This document shows positions 1 to 8,941 of a DNA stretch of 60,880 bases, piece after piece. Origin of the DNA: Eubacteriales bacterium (GTDB lineage Bacteria > Bacillota > Clostridia > Oscillospirales > CAG-272); NCBI GenBank assembly GCA_045638385.1, contig JAZUBI010000123.1, positions 1-60,880 on the forward strand, written 5' to 3'. The notes beneath the pieces are model-generated. The model searched no databases, had not been told where the DNA came from, and saw only the letters and a list, made by a program, of their open reading frames with translations. Both the position numbers and the translations under genes were made by a program. Every line of letters begins with the position of its first letter. The stretch's first letter is position 1.

Positions 1-4
1 CTTG

Positions 5-263
5 GCGTTAGCCTTCCCTTGTGAGGGAAGGGGGACAACACGCCACACGGCGAGTAGTGAAGCTATCCTCCTACGCTTTGCGTTTTGTGGTGGATGAGTA
101 GAATACGCCACCGTGGCTACCGTTAAACACGCGTGAGCATAAAGCCCTTATGTCGTAAGACTTTTTCTTGGATTAAAGACAGTTAAAATCGTTAGCCTTC
201 TACTCATCCGTCTTTTGCCGCAAGCGTCAAAATCCACCTTCCCTCACAAGGGAAGGCTAACGC
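5..263. repeat. REP/MITE-like non-autonomous palindromic element with 27-bp terminal inverted repeats
   Basis: gcgttagccttcccttgtgagggaagg (5-31) is the exact reverse complement of 237-263. Each end is itself a hairpin (ccttccct..agggaagg). Inner inverted repeat ggatgagtagaa (92-103) / ttctactcatcc (198-209). No ORF. Confidence 0.75.
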
Positions 264-336
264 AAAGCGTGCTATGAGGGGAATTTGTAGCCATGAAATA
301 CAAATTAAACAGTTCGACAAATCAAAATTTGAAATT

Positions 337-368
337 TCAAACGGAAAGGAAAAATCCTTTCCGTTTGA
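337..368 (-). terminator. Putative intrinsic terminator of valS
   Basis: tcaaacggaaagga-aaaa-tcctttccgtttga, a 14-bp stem just after the valS stop codon. Confidence 0.75.
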
Positions 369-381
369 TTATTAACGCATT

Positions 382-3027
382 TTAGCCGAGTTTTGCAAGA
401 GCGGCAACAATTCCTTCGAGATTTTCACGGTATTTTGCCATTTTTGCCTTTTCGCCGTCAACGACAGCCGCAGGAGCCTTTGCAACGAAGCCTTCGTTGG
501 AGAGCTTCTTCTCAATGCGCTCGATCTCGCCCTCAAGTCTCTTCTTCTCGCCCTCAAGTCTTGCCTTTTCCTTTTCGAAATCAATGATGTCGGAGAGGGG
601 AAGGAAGATTGTTGCAGAGTCGGTGATGATCTGTACTGCGTTATCTGCGCTGACCTCGTTCTCATCGAAGCTGTCTGCTACAACGAGAGAGGATGCGGAT
701 GCAAGACGTGCGAAGAATGCCTCTGCAGATGCAAATACTTCGGCATACTTGGTTGCAAGATAAACCTTTGCCTTCTTGGACGGAGGAACGTTCATTTCGC
801 TTCTTCTTGTTCTGATAGCCTTGATAGCATCGATTATCTTAGTCATATTCTCTGCATCAGCAGGGAACGCGCGGCAATCGCAAGCCTTGGGATAATCTGC
901 GATCATAATGCTTTCTGCATCGTGGGGAAGAGCCTGATAGATCTCATCTGTGATAAAGGGCATAAAGGGATGGAGGAGCTTCAAGATACCCTCAAGAACG
1001 TATGCGATAACGTTCTGGCAAACGAGATTTGCCTCGGTATCCTTTTCGTTGAGTCTTGCCTTTGCAAGCTCAATGTACCAGTCGCAGAAGATGTCCCATG
1101 CAAAGCCATAGATCGCGCCAAGCGCTACGCCCACCTCGAAGTTATCAAGATTGGTTACTACGTTTTCGCAAAGCGAATTGAACTCGTTGAGGATCCACTT
1201 ATCCTCAAGCGCGAGCTTGTCGCTGTCGGGGAGCTTGATCTCGTCTATTGTGAGATTCATACGAACGAATCTTGATGCGTTCCAAAGCTTGTTTGCGAAG
1301 TTTCTTGCTGCCTCGATCTTCTCGTCGGAGAATCTCATATCGTTTCCGGGGGAGTTACCGGTTGCAAGCGCAAAGCGGAGTGCGTCTGCGCCGTACTGCT
1401 TGATTATTTCAAGAGGATCTATTCCGTTTCCGAGAGACTTTGACATCTTACGTCCCTGCGCATCACGTACGAGACCGTGAATGAATACGGTTGAGAAGGG
1501 CTTTGCATCCATATGCTCAAGTCCCGAGAAGATCATACGCGATACCCAGAAGGTGATGATGTCGTAGCCTGTAACGAGAACGTCGGTGGGGTAATATTTC
1601 TTAAGGTCGTCAGTGTTTTCGGGCCATCCGAGAGTGGAGAAGGGCCAGAGAGCAGAGGAGAACCATGTGTCAAGAACGTCCTCGTCCTGTCTTACCTTTG
1701 CGCCACACTTGGGGCACTTTTCTATATCGGTTTTGGAAACCGTCATCTCGCCGCACTCGTCGCAGTAGAATGCGGGGATTCTGTGTCCCCACCAGAGCTG
1801 ACGGGAGATACACCAGTCAAGGATGTTGTTCATCCAGTTAAAGTAGTTCTTGGAGAAACGCTCGGGAACGAAATTGATGTCACCGTCCTCAACTGCCTTG
1901 ATTGCAGGCTCTGCAAGGGGCTTCATCTTAACGAACCACTGGTCGCTCGTCATAGGCTCAACGGTAGTTCCGCAACGGTAGCAAACGCCAACGTTATGGT
2001 CGTGGGGCTCTGTCTTAACGAGGTAGCCCTCTGCCTCAAGGTCTGCAACGAGAGCCTTACGGCAGGCGTATCTGTCCATACCCTCATACTTGCCGGCATA
2101 TGCGTTCATAGTTGCATCGTCGTTCATAACCTTGATCTGCTCGAGGTTGTGTCTTTGGCCCACCATAAAGTCGTTGGGGTCGTGCGCGGGAGTGATCTTA
2201 ACACAGCCGGTACCGAAGCCGATCTCAACGTAATCGTCGGCAATAACAGGGATCTCGCGGTTTACTATGGGAAGAAGAACCTTTTTACCGATAAGGTGCT
2301 TGGTGTTCTCGTCCTCGGGGTTTACAGCAACTGCGGTATCACCGAACATTGTCTCGGGACGGGTGGTAGCTACCTCAACGTAGCCGTCCTCACCGATAAT
2401 GGGGTACTTGATGTGCCAGAAATTGCCGGGCTGATCCTTGTACTCGACCTCAGCATCCGAAAGTGCGGTCAGGCAACGGGGACACCAGTTTATGATACGG
2501 TAGCCACGGTAGATAAGACCCTTGTCGTAGAGGTTTACAAACACCTCGCGAACTGCCTTTGAACAGCCCTCGTCCATTGTAAATCTCTGTCTTGTCCAGT
2601 CGCAGGACGCGCCGAGCTTTTTGAGCTGACCCGTAATGCGAGCCTCGTATGTGTCCTTCCAGCCCCAAACACGCTCAAGGAACTTTTCACGACCGAGGTC
2701 GTAGCGGGTAAGACCCTCGTCAACGCGGAGTCTCTCCTCGACCTTGATCTGAGTGGCGATTCCCGCGTGGTCTGTTCCGGGGACCCAGAGGGTATTGAAG
2801 CCCTGCATTCTCTTATAACGAACGAGAATGTCCTGGAGAGTCTCGTCAAGCGCGTGACCCATGTGGAGCTGACCCGTGACGTTCGGAGGGGGAATAACTA
2901 TAGAGAATGAGGGGTTTGTGTTGTTTTTGTCGGGTGTGAAATATCCCTTTTCACACCATTCTGCGTAAATCCTGTCCTCAAATTCGGAGGGGGAATACGT
3001 TTTCGGTAATTCGTTGTAGGAATTCAT
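382..3027 (-). CDS. valS: Valine--tRNA ligase
   Basis: [13 protein letters not shown] (HIGH) and KMSKS motifs, [13 protein letters not shown]-terminal coiled coil, upstream Val T-box. Confidence 0.99.
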   Translation of the reverse strand: MNSYNELPKTYSPSEFEDRIYAEWCEKGYFTPDKNNTNPSFSIVIPPPNVTGQLHMGHALDETLQDILVRYKRMQGFNTLWVPGTDHAGIATQIKVEERLRVDEGLTRYDLGREKFLERVWGWKDTYEARITGQLKKLGASCDWTRQRFTMDEGCSKAVREVFVNLYDKGLIYRGYRIINWCPRCLTALSDAEVEYKDQPGNFWHIKYPIIGEDGYVEVATTRPETMFGDTAVAVNPEDENTKHLIGKKVLLPIVNREIPVIADDYVEIGFGTGCVKITPAHDPNDFMVGQRHNLEQIKVMNDDATMNAYAGKYEGMDRYACRKALVADLEAEGYLVKTEPHDHNVGVCYRCGTTVEPMTSDQWFVKMKPLAEPAIKAVEDGDINFVPERFSKNYFNWMNNILDWCISRQLWWGHRIPAFYCDECGEMTVSKTDIEKCPKCGAKVRQDEDVLDTWFSSALWPFSTLGWPENTDDLKKYYPTDVLVTGYDIITFWVSRMIFSGLEHMDAKPFSTVFIHGLVRDAQGRKMSKSLGNGIDPLEIIKQYGADALRFALATGNSPGNDMRFSDEKIEAARNFANKLWNASRFVRMNLTIDEIKLPDSDKLALEDKWILNEFNSLCENVVTNLDNFEVGVALGAIYGFAWDIFCDWYIELAKARLNEKDTEANLVCQNVIAYVLEGILKLLHPFMPFITDEIYQALPHDAESIMIADYPKACDCRAFPADAENMTKIIDAIKAIRTRRSEMNVPPSKKAKVYLATKYAEVFASAEAFFARLASASSLVVADSFDENEVSADNAVQIITDSATIFLPLSDIIDFEKEKARLEGEKKRLEGEIERIEKKLSNEGFVAKAPAAVVDGEKAKMAKYRENLEGIVAALAKLG

Positions 3028-3068
3028 TTTTTTCTTCCTTTCATTTATGTTCTGAATTTTAAATCAAA

Positions 3069-3437
3069 TAAAAAACGCCCGAAATGCGATTGCATTTCGG
3101 GACGTAAATATACGCGGTACCACCCAATTTGTGTTTGCGAAATTTTTCCGCATACGTCGTTGCTCATCAAAAGCGTCTTGACGTAGGAAACTACGCCTTC
3201 GCCTTGCTTTTTGCGGTGCGCCTTGTCTGCGAAACAATTTCATCAAACACGGTGCGGCAAATTAAACAAACACCACTTTCTCGGCTCTAACGTTGCCACC
3301 GTTGAAGGCTACGCAGGGAAGACCCCTTCGCCAACACCGCTCGCGAGCTACCTTCGACAGCTCTCCTTACGCGCTCACACCTGCCGCGCGCTCTCTTTAA
3401 AGGAACTACTGTTTACTCCTCTCGGTCAAAGCGTTTT
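3069..3437 (-). promoter_or_regulatory. T-box riboswitch (valine) with terminator
   Basis: Minus strand has AATTGGGTGGTACCGCG (3113-3129), terminator acgtcccgaaatgc-aatc-gcatttcgggcgtttttt (about 3069-3105), Stem I elements AGAGA and GGTGTGA, and specifier GUA (Val) at 3351-3349. Confidence 0.92.
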
Positions 3438-3450
3438 TATATTACGATAC

Positions 3451-3479
3451 ATTTTAACACAGTTTTTCTCATTTGTCAA
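3451..3479 (-). promoter_or_regulatory. sigmaA promoter for the valS leader
   Basis: TTGACA-17bp-TAAAAT with extended TG on the minus strand. Confidence 0.8.
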
Positions 3480-3513
3480 CTGTTTTTTTATTCTTTATTA
3501 TACAATAATAAAT

Positions 3514-3548
3514 AAAAGATGCCCACGGCGAAGAGCCGTGGGCATCTT
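3514..3548 (-). terminator. Intrinsic terminator after the lipoprotein gene
   Basis: aagatgcccacggc-gaaga-gccgtgggcatctt, 14-bp stem with a T-rich tail on the minus strand. Confidence 0.8.
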
Positions 3549-3604
3549 ATGCGGATGTGCATATGTATTTTTAAATGATGTAGATTCTCTTATGTGTCAG
3601 AGGA

Positions 3605-4189
3605 TTACTTCTTTGCGTCCTCAATTGCCTCAAGAACGGTCTCGATAAGACCCTCATCTCCGCAGAATACAACGTTGCCCTTTCTCTCGACAACGAAGTC
3701 CTTGGGGAGAGATTCTTCGATCTCATCAGCAGCTTCTTTCTTCCATTCCTTCATAGCTTCCTTGATCTCAGAGCTATCCATTCCCATTTCCTCAAGGTAT
3801 GCCTCATAGGAAGCTGCGGAAATCTCGATCATGAGGTCAACGATGCTGTCCTCGAGATCCTTAGCAACCTTCTTTGCGTCAGCTGCCTTTTCAAACTCTA
3901 CAGCCATAACCCAAGGAGCATCCCCGTCCTCAATCTCATAGAGCTCAGCAGCGCCTTCAATTCCACCCTTGATGCCGAAAAGGGACTCAAAAGCAGCCAA
4001 GAGAGCATCTTCCATGTCGCCGTCAACTTCAGCTATTTCGTACTTTTCATCATCCTCGTCAACGAGGTCTTCCATAGCATCCTCTACGTCGCCGATCTCG
4101 ATCTTGTTGAAGAGTGCGCAAGAAGCGAGAGAGAGAGCCATTACAAGCGCGAGAGCGCTTACAGTCATAAGTCTAAGAAATTTTTTCAT
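3605..4189 (-). CDS. Acidic predicted lipoprotein of unknown function
   Basis: Start moved to the ATG at 4189 because GGAGG precedes it. MKKFLRLMTVSALALVMALSLASC is a signal peptide with a lipobox. The mature part is very D/E-rich. Confidence 0.8.
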   Translation of the reverse strand: MKKFLRLMTVSALALVMALSLASCALFNKIEIGDVEDAMEDLVDEDDEKYEIAEVDGDMEDALLAAFESLFGIKGGIEGAAELYEIEDGDAPWVMAVEFEKAADAKKVAKDLEDSIVDLMIEISAASYEAYLEEMGMDSSEIKEAMKEWKKEAADEIEESLPKDFVVERKGNVVFCGDEGLIETVLEAIEDAKK

Positions 4190-4240
4190 AATTGCCTCCA
4201 AATGTTTGAATATTATTTGTTGACACATCCGTCAATGTAA

Positions 4241-4269
4241 AGTATAGCACTATTGGAAGGCTTTGTCAA
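4241..4269 (-). promoter_or_regulatory. sigmaA promoter for the lipoprotein gene
   Basis: TTGACA-17bp-TATACT with extended TG on the minus strand. Confidence 0.75.
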
Positions 4270-4357
4270 GCGATTTAAGTTTATTTAAGAATTTATCACA
4301 AATTCTGAATGAACTTGAAATAAAACAAAAACCCCGAACGCTATTGCGTTGCGTGTT

Positions 4358-4474
4358 TGGAGCTGGTAATCAGAATCGAACTGCGAAGTTTGCAAAGCAA
4401 ACTCGGTGGTGAGCGAAGCGAACGTAAATGACACTCGTCATTACCAATGACGTGCTCTACCGACTGAGCCATAC
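4358..4474 (-). pseudogene. Degenerate tandem copy of tRNA-Thr(GGT) with a 44-bp insertion in the T-stem
   Basis: Matches the intact tRNA except that the 5' GCTG is missing, 4384-4427 is inserted, and there is one extra base at 4433. The downstream terminator region is duplicated too (4322-4357). Confidence 0.85.
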
Positions 4475-4484
4475 ATTTCCTGAA

Positions 4485-4519
4485 AAAACAAAAACCCCGA
4501 ACGCTATTGCGTTCGGGAT
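4485..4519 (-). terminator. Terminator after tRNA-Thr
   Basis: Minus strand cccgaacgc-aata-gcgttcggg followed by gtttttgtttttt. Confidence 0.8.
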
Positions 4520-4520
4520 T

Positions 4521-4596
4521 TGGAGCTGGTAATCAGAATCGAACTGATGACCTCGTCATTACCAATGACGTGCTCTACCGACTGAGCCATACCAGC
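4521..4596 (-). tRNA. tRNA-Thr (anticodon GGT)
   Basis: GCTGGTATGGCTCAGTCGGTAGAGCACGTCATTGGTAATGACGAGGTCATCAGTTCGATTCTGATTACCAGCTCCA: 76-nt cloverleaf with encoded CCA. Confidence 0.98.
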
Positions 4597-4624
4597 AAAG
4601 GTCGCTTTTCTTGACGACCTTTGT

Positions 4625-4653
4625 ATTATACCAAACAAAAAACGATTTGTCAA
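4625..4653 (-). promoter_or_regulatory. Consensus sigmaA promoter for tRNA-Thr
   Basis: TTGACA-17bp-TATAAT with TG. The -35 element overlaps the ylbJ stop codon. Confidence 0.88.
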
Positions 4654-5795
4654 TACCTTTTTTTGATTTTTTCTCTTATATTTTTGAAAAATTTTCCCGA
4701 ATACAGCATTTTCACTCCGGCACATATGACCGTGACCGCGAAAAGCGCATGAAATATCAAAGTCAAGACGCCTAAGGACAGATCATCCTTTTGCAAATAC
4801 ACTGTCAGATCATCTGTCAGCAGTGAGGGGAAGAGGAGCTTTACCGAAATATAGGCAAAGGCGGCGCAAAGGACTCCTTGAACTGCCTTTGAAACAAAAT
4901 AGGGCTTAAATGATACATCCCGATTTGCGCAGACCGACATTATCTGAAAGTGTACCGATAATCCCGACCAGCCGAGGAAGAGGGCGCATAAAATTATCCT
5001 TTCTATATTACCGTCAAGCGCGGATGCCGCGCTCGCACCGCTTGATAGCTCGAAAAATCCGAATATCGATGCTATAAGCTCATCGGGAAGGGAGAAGTGC
5101 GCAAGCAACGCCCCGACACATCCGATAAACGCGGAAAAGAAGACCACGTACGCGCACACGGACAGCATGGAAAGCGCGGAGGCTTGTATTGCGTTTGTGA
5201 CGGAGCTTGCAAAATGACATCCTTTGCAAGGGATATGATATATTTTTTCTGTCTTTTCCTTTTTCATAAACAGCTTTCCAAGAGCCCCGACGGCAAGCGA
5301 GGAGAGAATAACGCACACATAGAGCAATATACCGAGCTTTTTACTTCCAAGCAGAGAAACTCCAACCGCACTTATTACGAATGCAGATCCCGGATTGTTG
5401 CAAAACGTGAGAAGACGTTCGAGCTCGCTTTTTGAAATGTCACCTCGGTCATACATAGATGCGGCGGCTTTTGCACCGATGGGAAATCCGCAGATCGCGC
5501 CGAGAAAATAGACCGCCGCACCGGATTCACCGATCCCGAAAATATACCGCATGGGCTTTGCGAAGATTTTTGACACCCTTATCCCGATTCCGCTTGATAC
5601 TATAAGCTCGGATATTATCATAAACGGGAAAAGCGCGGGAATGACAGTGGCTGCGCATAGTCTGAGCCCTTTTTTCATATACTCTATTGCTATATCCGAG
5701 GAGCAAAGCACAAGTAAAAAGGCGGCAAGAATACCGGCTCCCGCCGCTGTGTTGGGGTTGAATATTTTGAATGTTGATCCTTTTTTACCGTCCAT
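4650..5795 (-). CDS. ylbJ: Sporulation integral membrane protein YlbJ (nucleoside-recognition gate domain)
   Basis: VIPALFPF, GFPIGAK, NNPGSAF, FFELSSG and GLSVHFQ motifs; multiple TM segments; divergent from yqfC. Confidence 0.85.
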   Translation of the reverse strand: MDGKKGSTFKIFNPNTAAGAGILAAFLLVLCSSDIAIEYMKKGLRLCAATVIPALFPFMIISELIVSSGIGIRVSKIFAKPMRYIFGIGESGAAVYFLGAICGFPIGAKAAASMYDRGDISKSELERLLTFCNNPGSAFVISAVGVSLLGSKKLGILLYVCVILSSLAVGALGKLFMKKEKTEKIYHIPCKGCHFASSVTNAIQASALSMLSVCAYVVFFSAFIGCVGALLAHFSLPDELIASIFGFFELSSGASAASALDGNIERIILCALFLGWSGLSVHFQIMSVCANRDVSFKPYFVSKAVQGVLCAAFAYISVKLLFPSLLTDDLTVYLQKDDLSLGVLTLIFHALFAVTVICAGVKMLYSGKFFKNIREKIKKRY

Positions 5796-5852
5796 GTTAT
5801 TTCTCCCCCAAAAAATAGCTTTGGTAATTTATATTTTTTCAGAGGTCATAAT

Positions 5853-6161
5853 ATGAGCAACAAAAGAGAAAAAGGAAGCGGCCGCGGCCTAATTGAGTAC
5901 TTATCTGCAAAAGCGGAGCTTTCAAGCGATGCGCTTGCGGGAGAGGTCAGGATCGAGCTGAGGGGGAGAAGCTCTCTTTTTCTCGGCGGTTGTAAAAAAA
6001 TCCTCAAATATTCACCTGAGGAGATGATAATTGAGGGCAAGGGGGATACGATAAAAATAAAAGGAGAAAGATTGATCTGTACGTCATATCACGCGGGGAA
6101 TATCAGCGTTGATGGGTCGATCATTTCGGTAAGCTTTGGCGATGCGGAGGAAAACAAATGA
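5853..6161 (+). CDS. yqfC: YabP/YqfC family sporulation protein
   Basis: KKILKYSPEE...IKGERL motif; directly upstream of yqfD. Confidence 0.8.
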   Translation: MSNKREKGSGRGLIEYLSAKAELSSDALAGEVRIELRGRSSLFLGGCKKILKYSPEEMIIEGKGDTIKIKGERLICTSYHAGNISVDGSIISVSFGDAEENK

Positions 6162-7342
6162 ATCCGTCTTATTTTTTTCTCGGAGCGGTGAAAATATCCG
6201 CCGATTATGAAAATATAACTCCTCTTTTGAATCTCTGCATGCAGCAGTGTATTCCGTATTCGAATTTTGAATCGGAGAAGGAGAGCGTGGCTCTGACATT
6301 CACCCTTGCCGCGTTCAGAAGAATAAAAAAAGAGGCGGCATTACGCAGCATAAGCTATCGGATAATTGAAAAAAGAGGTATTCCCGTAATTTTTGAGAGA
6401 TATAAATACAGATTCGGTATTTATATCGGTTTTATTTGCGCCTTTGCGCTTATTGTTGCATCGCACAGCTTTGTGTGGGATATTGAGGTTACGGGAAATC
6501 AAAGCGTGACTACTGCGGAGATTAGGGAGCTTTTGAGCTCTCACGGCTTTGGCGTGGGGAGCTATATTCGGAGCGTTAACACCGATAAGATAGAAAACCT
6601 GATACTCATTGACAATGACAAAATATCATGGATATCCATAAATATTGTCGGATCGGTAGCAAGGGTGGAGGTGCGCGAGAACACAAGCTTTGAACAAAAT
6701 GACGATTCGAAGAGACCTGCAAATCTGATCGCGAAAAAAAGCGGAATAGTTGAGGAGGTGCGGATACTTAACGGAAACGTGATGGTCGGCGCGGGAAAAT
6801 ACGTTCATAAGGGCGAGCTGCTTGTCAGCGGACTTTACGACAGCGTTCAGGAGGGATTCAGATATACAAGGGCAGAGGGCGAGGTCTTGGCGCGCACGGT
6901 TGAGGAATTTATCATCGAAATTCCCTATGAGTATGAGACTAAAGAGTACACGGGAGTGGAATATTACGATAAATATTTAATTTTTTTTGACTATTCGATG
7001 AACATTTCTAAAAACAGTGGAAAAGAGGGAGTGTTTTATGATAAAATAAGTATAGTGGAGAATTATAGCCTTTTTGGCAGAATCCCGACTCCTTTTTCTT
7101 ATAAGACCGAAAAATATCTTGAATATAAAACGGTTTTGAAAACGAGGAGTGCAGAGGCTGCGGAAAATCTTGCATACTTTGAGCTTGAAAGAAGACTCTC
7201 GTCGATTTCTGCCGATGCAATACTTATAAAAAAGACGGTCACGCCCTACGCGCGCGACGACCGATTTATGCTTCACTGTACGGTAGTGCTTATAGAAAAC
7301 ATTGCCGAGACCTCTGAGTTTGAGGTCGATCCGGGCGAATAA
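6158..7342 (+). CDS. yqfD: Stage IV sporulation protein YqfD
   Basis: VWDIEVTGN, ISWISINIVG, NLIAKKSG and GELLVSG motifs; yqfC-yqfD-phoH synteny. Confidence 0.9.
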   Translation: MNPSYFFLGAVKISADYENITPLLNLCMQQCIPYSNFESEKESVALTFTLAAFRRIKKEAALRSISYRIIEKRGIPVIFERYKYRFGIYIGFICAFALIVASHSFVWDIEVTGNQSVTTAEIRELLSSHGFGVGSYIRSVNTDKIENLILIDNDKISWISINIVGSVARVEVRENTSFEQNDDSKRPANLIAKKSGIVEEVRILNGNVMVGAGKYVHKGELLVSGLYDSVQEGFRYTRAEGEVLARTVEEFIIEIPYEYETKEYTGVEYYDKYLIFFDYSMNISKNSGKEGVFYDKISIVENYSLFGRIPTPFSYKTEKYLEYKTVLKTRSAEAAENLAYFELERRLSSISADAILIKKTVTPYARDDRFMLHCTVVLIENIAETSEFEVDPGE

Positions 7343-7361
7343 AACTTAAGGAAAGGTGCAT

Positions 7362-8399
7362 ATGAGCAACAAGATAATCAGAGTGGAGAGCTCGGATATC
7401 GTTTCGGCGGTATTCGGAAGCTACGATACAAATCTTGATATTATCGAAAAGAAATTCAGCGTATCGGTTCACAACAGGGTCGCTGAGGACGGCGGCGAGG
7501 TGATCGTCGTGTCGGGTGAGGACGAGGACGCATTGGCACTCGCATCCGAGACGGTAAGATACCTTGTAAAGATGGCGAAATATAACGGAAATATTACCGA
7601 TCAGAGCGTTATTTACGTTTGCGATACCGTTATGTCGGGCAGGTCAAGCGAGCTTGAAAGCCTTGGAGACGACACGATATGCGTGACTATGAAGGGAAAG
7701 CCGATAAAGGCAAAGACCGTTGGACAGAAGCAATACGTCAACGCAATCAAGAAAAATACCATCGTTCTCGGAGTAGGACCTGCGGGAACGGGTAAGACCT
7801 TTCTTGCAGTTGCGATGGCTGTAAAGGCATTGCGCGAAAAGCAGGTGTCGAGGATAATTCTCACCCGTCCGGCTATCGAGGCGGGAGAGAAGCTCGGATT
7901 TTTGCCGGGCGACCTGCAAAGTAAGATAGACCCCTATCTCCGTCCGCTCTACGACGCGCTTTTTGAAATGATGGGCGCGGAGAACTATCAAAGACAGGTC
8001 GAGAAGGGAGTAATTGAGGTTGCGCCGCTTGCGTATATGCGCGGACGAACTCTTGATGACTCGTTTATAATTCTCGACGAGGCGCAGAACTGTACTCCCG
8101 AGCAGATGAAGATGTTTTTGACTCGACTCGGATTCAATTCAAAGGCGGTTGTCACGGGAGACCTTACTCAAACAGACCTCCCGAGTGGTCAGAAAAGCGG
8201 ACTTGCGGAGGCCGTAAAGATCCTTTCCGACATTGAGGATATTGAGATCCACGCCTTTACCGAGAGAGACGTTGTTAGACATAAGCTTGTACAGAAAATA
8301 ATACTCGCGTACGAAAAATTCGACCGAGAAAAGAAAGAAAAGGCCGAGGCAAGAAAGAACGCCGACAGCAAAAGAACGTTTGTGAGAAAGGATAATTGA
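7362..8399 (+). CDS. phoH: PhoH family ATPase
   Basis: GPAGTGKT, LGFLPGDL, MRGRTL, ILDEAQN. Confidence 0.96.
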   Translation: MSNKIIRVESSDIVSAVFGSYDTNLDIIEKKFSVSVHNRVAEDGGEVIVVSGEDEDALALASETVRYLVKMAKYNGNITDQSVIYVCDTVMSGRSSELESLGDDTICVTMKGKPIKAKTVGQKQYVNAIKKNTIVLGVGPAGTGKTFLAVAMAVKALREKQVSRIILTRPAIEAGEKLGFLPGDLQSKIDPYLRPLYDALFEMMGAENYQRQVEKGVIEVAPLAYMRGRTLDDSFIILDEAQNCTPEQMKMFLTRLGFNSKAVVTGDLTQTDLPSGQKSGLAEAVKILSDIEDIEIHAFTERDVVRHKLVQKIILAYEKFDREKKEKAEARKNADSKRTFVRKDN

Positions 8400-8423
8400 T
8401 ACAGAGTATCAAGGAGCAAAAAA

Positions 8424-8918
8424 ATGAACAGAAAAATGAATCTAAGAATATATTTTGAAAACGAACAGGATAAATACCCCGTTTCATACTATTTAAAGCT
8501 TCTTTTGCGTGAGGCAATAGAAACAACACTTGATTTTGAGGATTACGGCGCTGTATGTGAGGTGTCCGTAACCTTTACCGATAACGAGGGCATCCGTGAA
8601 TTGAACAAGAAATTCAGAAATATGGACAAGCCCACTGACGTGCTTTCATTCCCGCTCCTCGATTTTGAGGGCGAGTATGAGGAGCCTCCCATCAACGAGA
8701 TAATAAGCAATCTCGGAGACATTGTCATTTCACTTGAAAAGGCAAAGGCTCAGGCGGAGGAATTTGGACACAGCTTCAAGCGCGAGGTTGCCTTCCTTGC
8801 AGTGCATTCCATGCTCCATCTTCTCGGATATGACCACGAGAGAGGCGAGGAAGAGGACAAGGAAATGAGAGCAAAGCAGACCGAGATAATGAGAATAATG
8901 GGTCTTGAGGTAAAGTGA
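8424..8918 (+). CDS. ybeY: rRNA maturation RNase YbeY
   Basis: PTDVLSFP and HSMLHLLGYDH. Confidence 0.97.
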   Translation: MNRKMNLRIYFENEQDKYPVSYYLKLLLREAIETTLDFEDYGAVCEVSVTFTDNEGIRELNKKFRNMDKPTDVLSFPLLDFEGEYEEPPINEIISNLGDIVISLEKAKAQAEEFGHSFKREVAFLAVHSMLHLLGYDHERGEEEDKEMRAKQTEIMRIMGLEVK

Positions 8919-8941
8919 TCCAAAATACAGGAGGATTATAG

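Noticed and set aside
525-561. 16-bp direct repeat with 21-bp period (tctcgccctcaagtct)
   Set aside because: Encodes RLEGE twice in the heptad coiled coil at the ValS C-terminus; only two copies, so not an array.
1513-2562. 349-aa ORF antisense to valS (likewise 21357-22277, 40524-41351 and 59368-60402)
   Set aside because: Shadow ORFs lying entirely within confident genes on the opposite strand.
3064-3648. Short ORFs 3064-3246 (-) and 3211-3648 (+)
   Set aside because: They overlap the T-box leader, promoter and terminator and have no coding features.
4384-4427. The insert as a self-splicing tRNA intron
   Set aside because: At 44 nt it is far too short for a group I or II intron, it is not in the anticodon loop, and the host copy lacks its 5' acceptor bases.
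4322-4596. Direct repeats considered as a CRISPR array or as attL/attR of an integrated element
   Set aside because: Only two units, both tRNA-derived, with no spacer series, cas genes, integrase or cargo between them.
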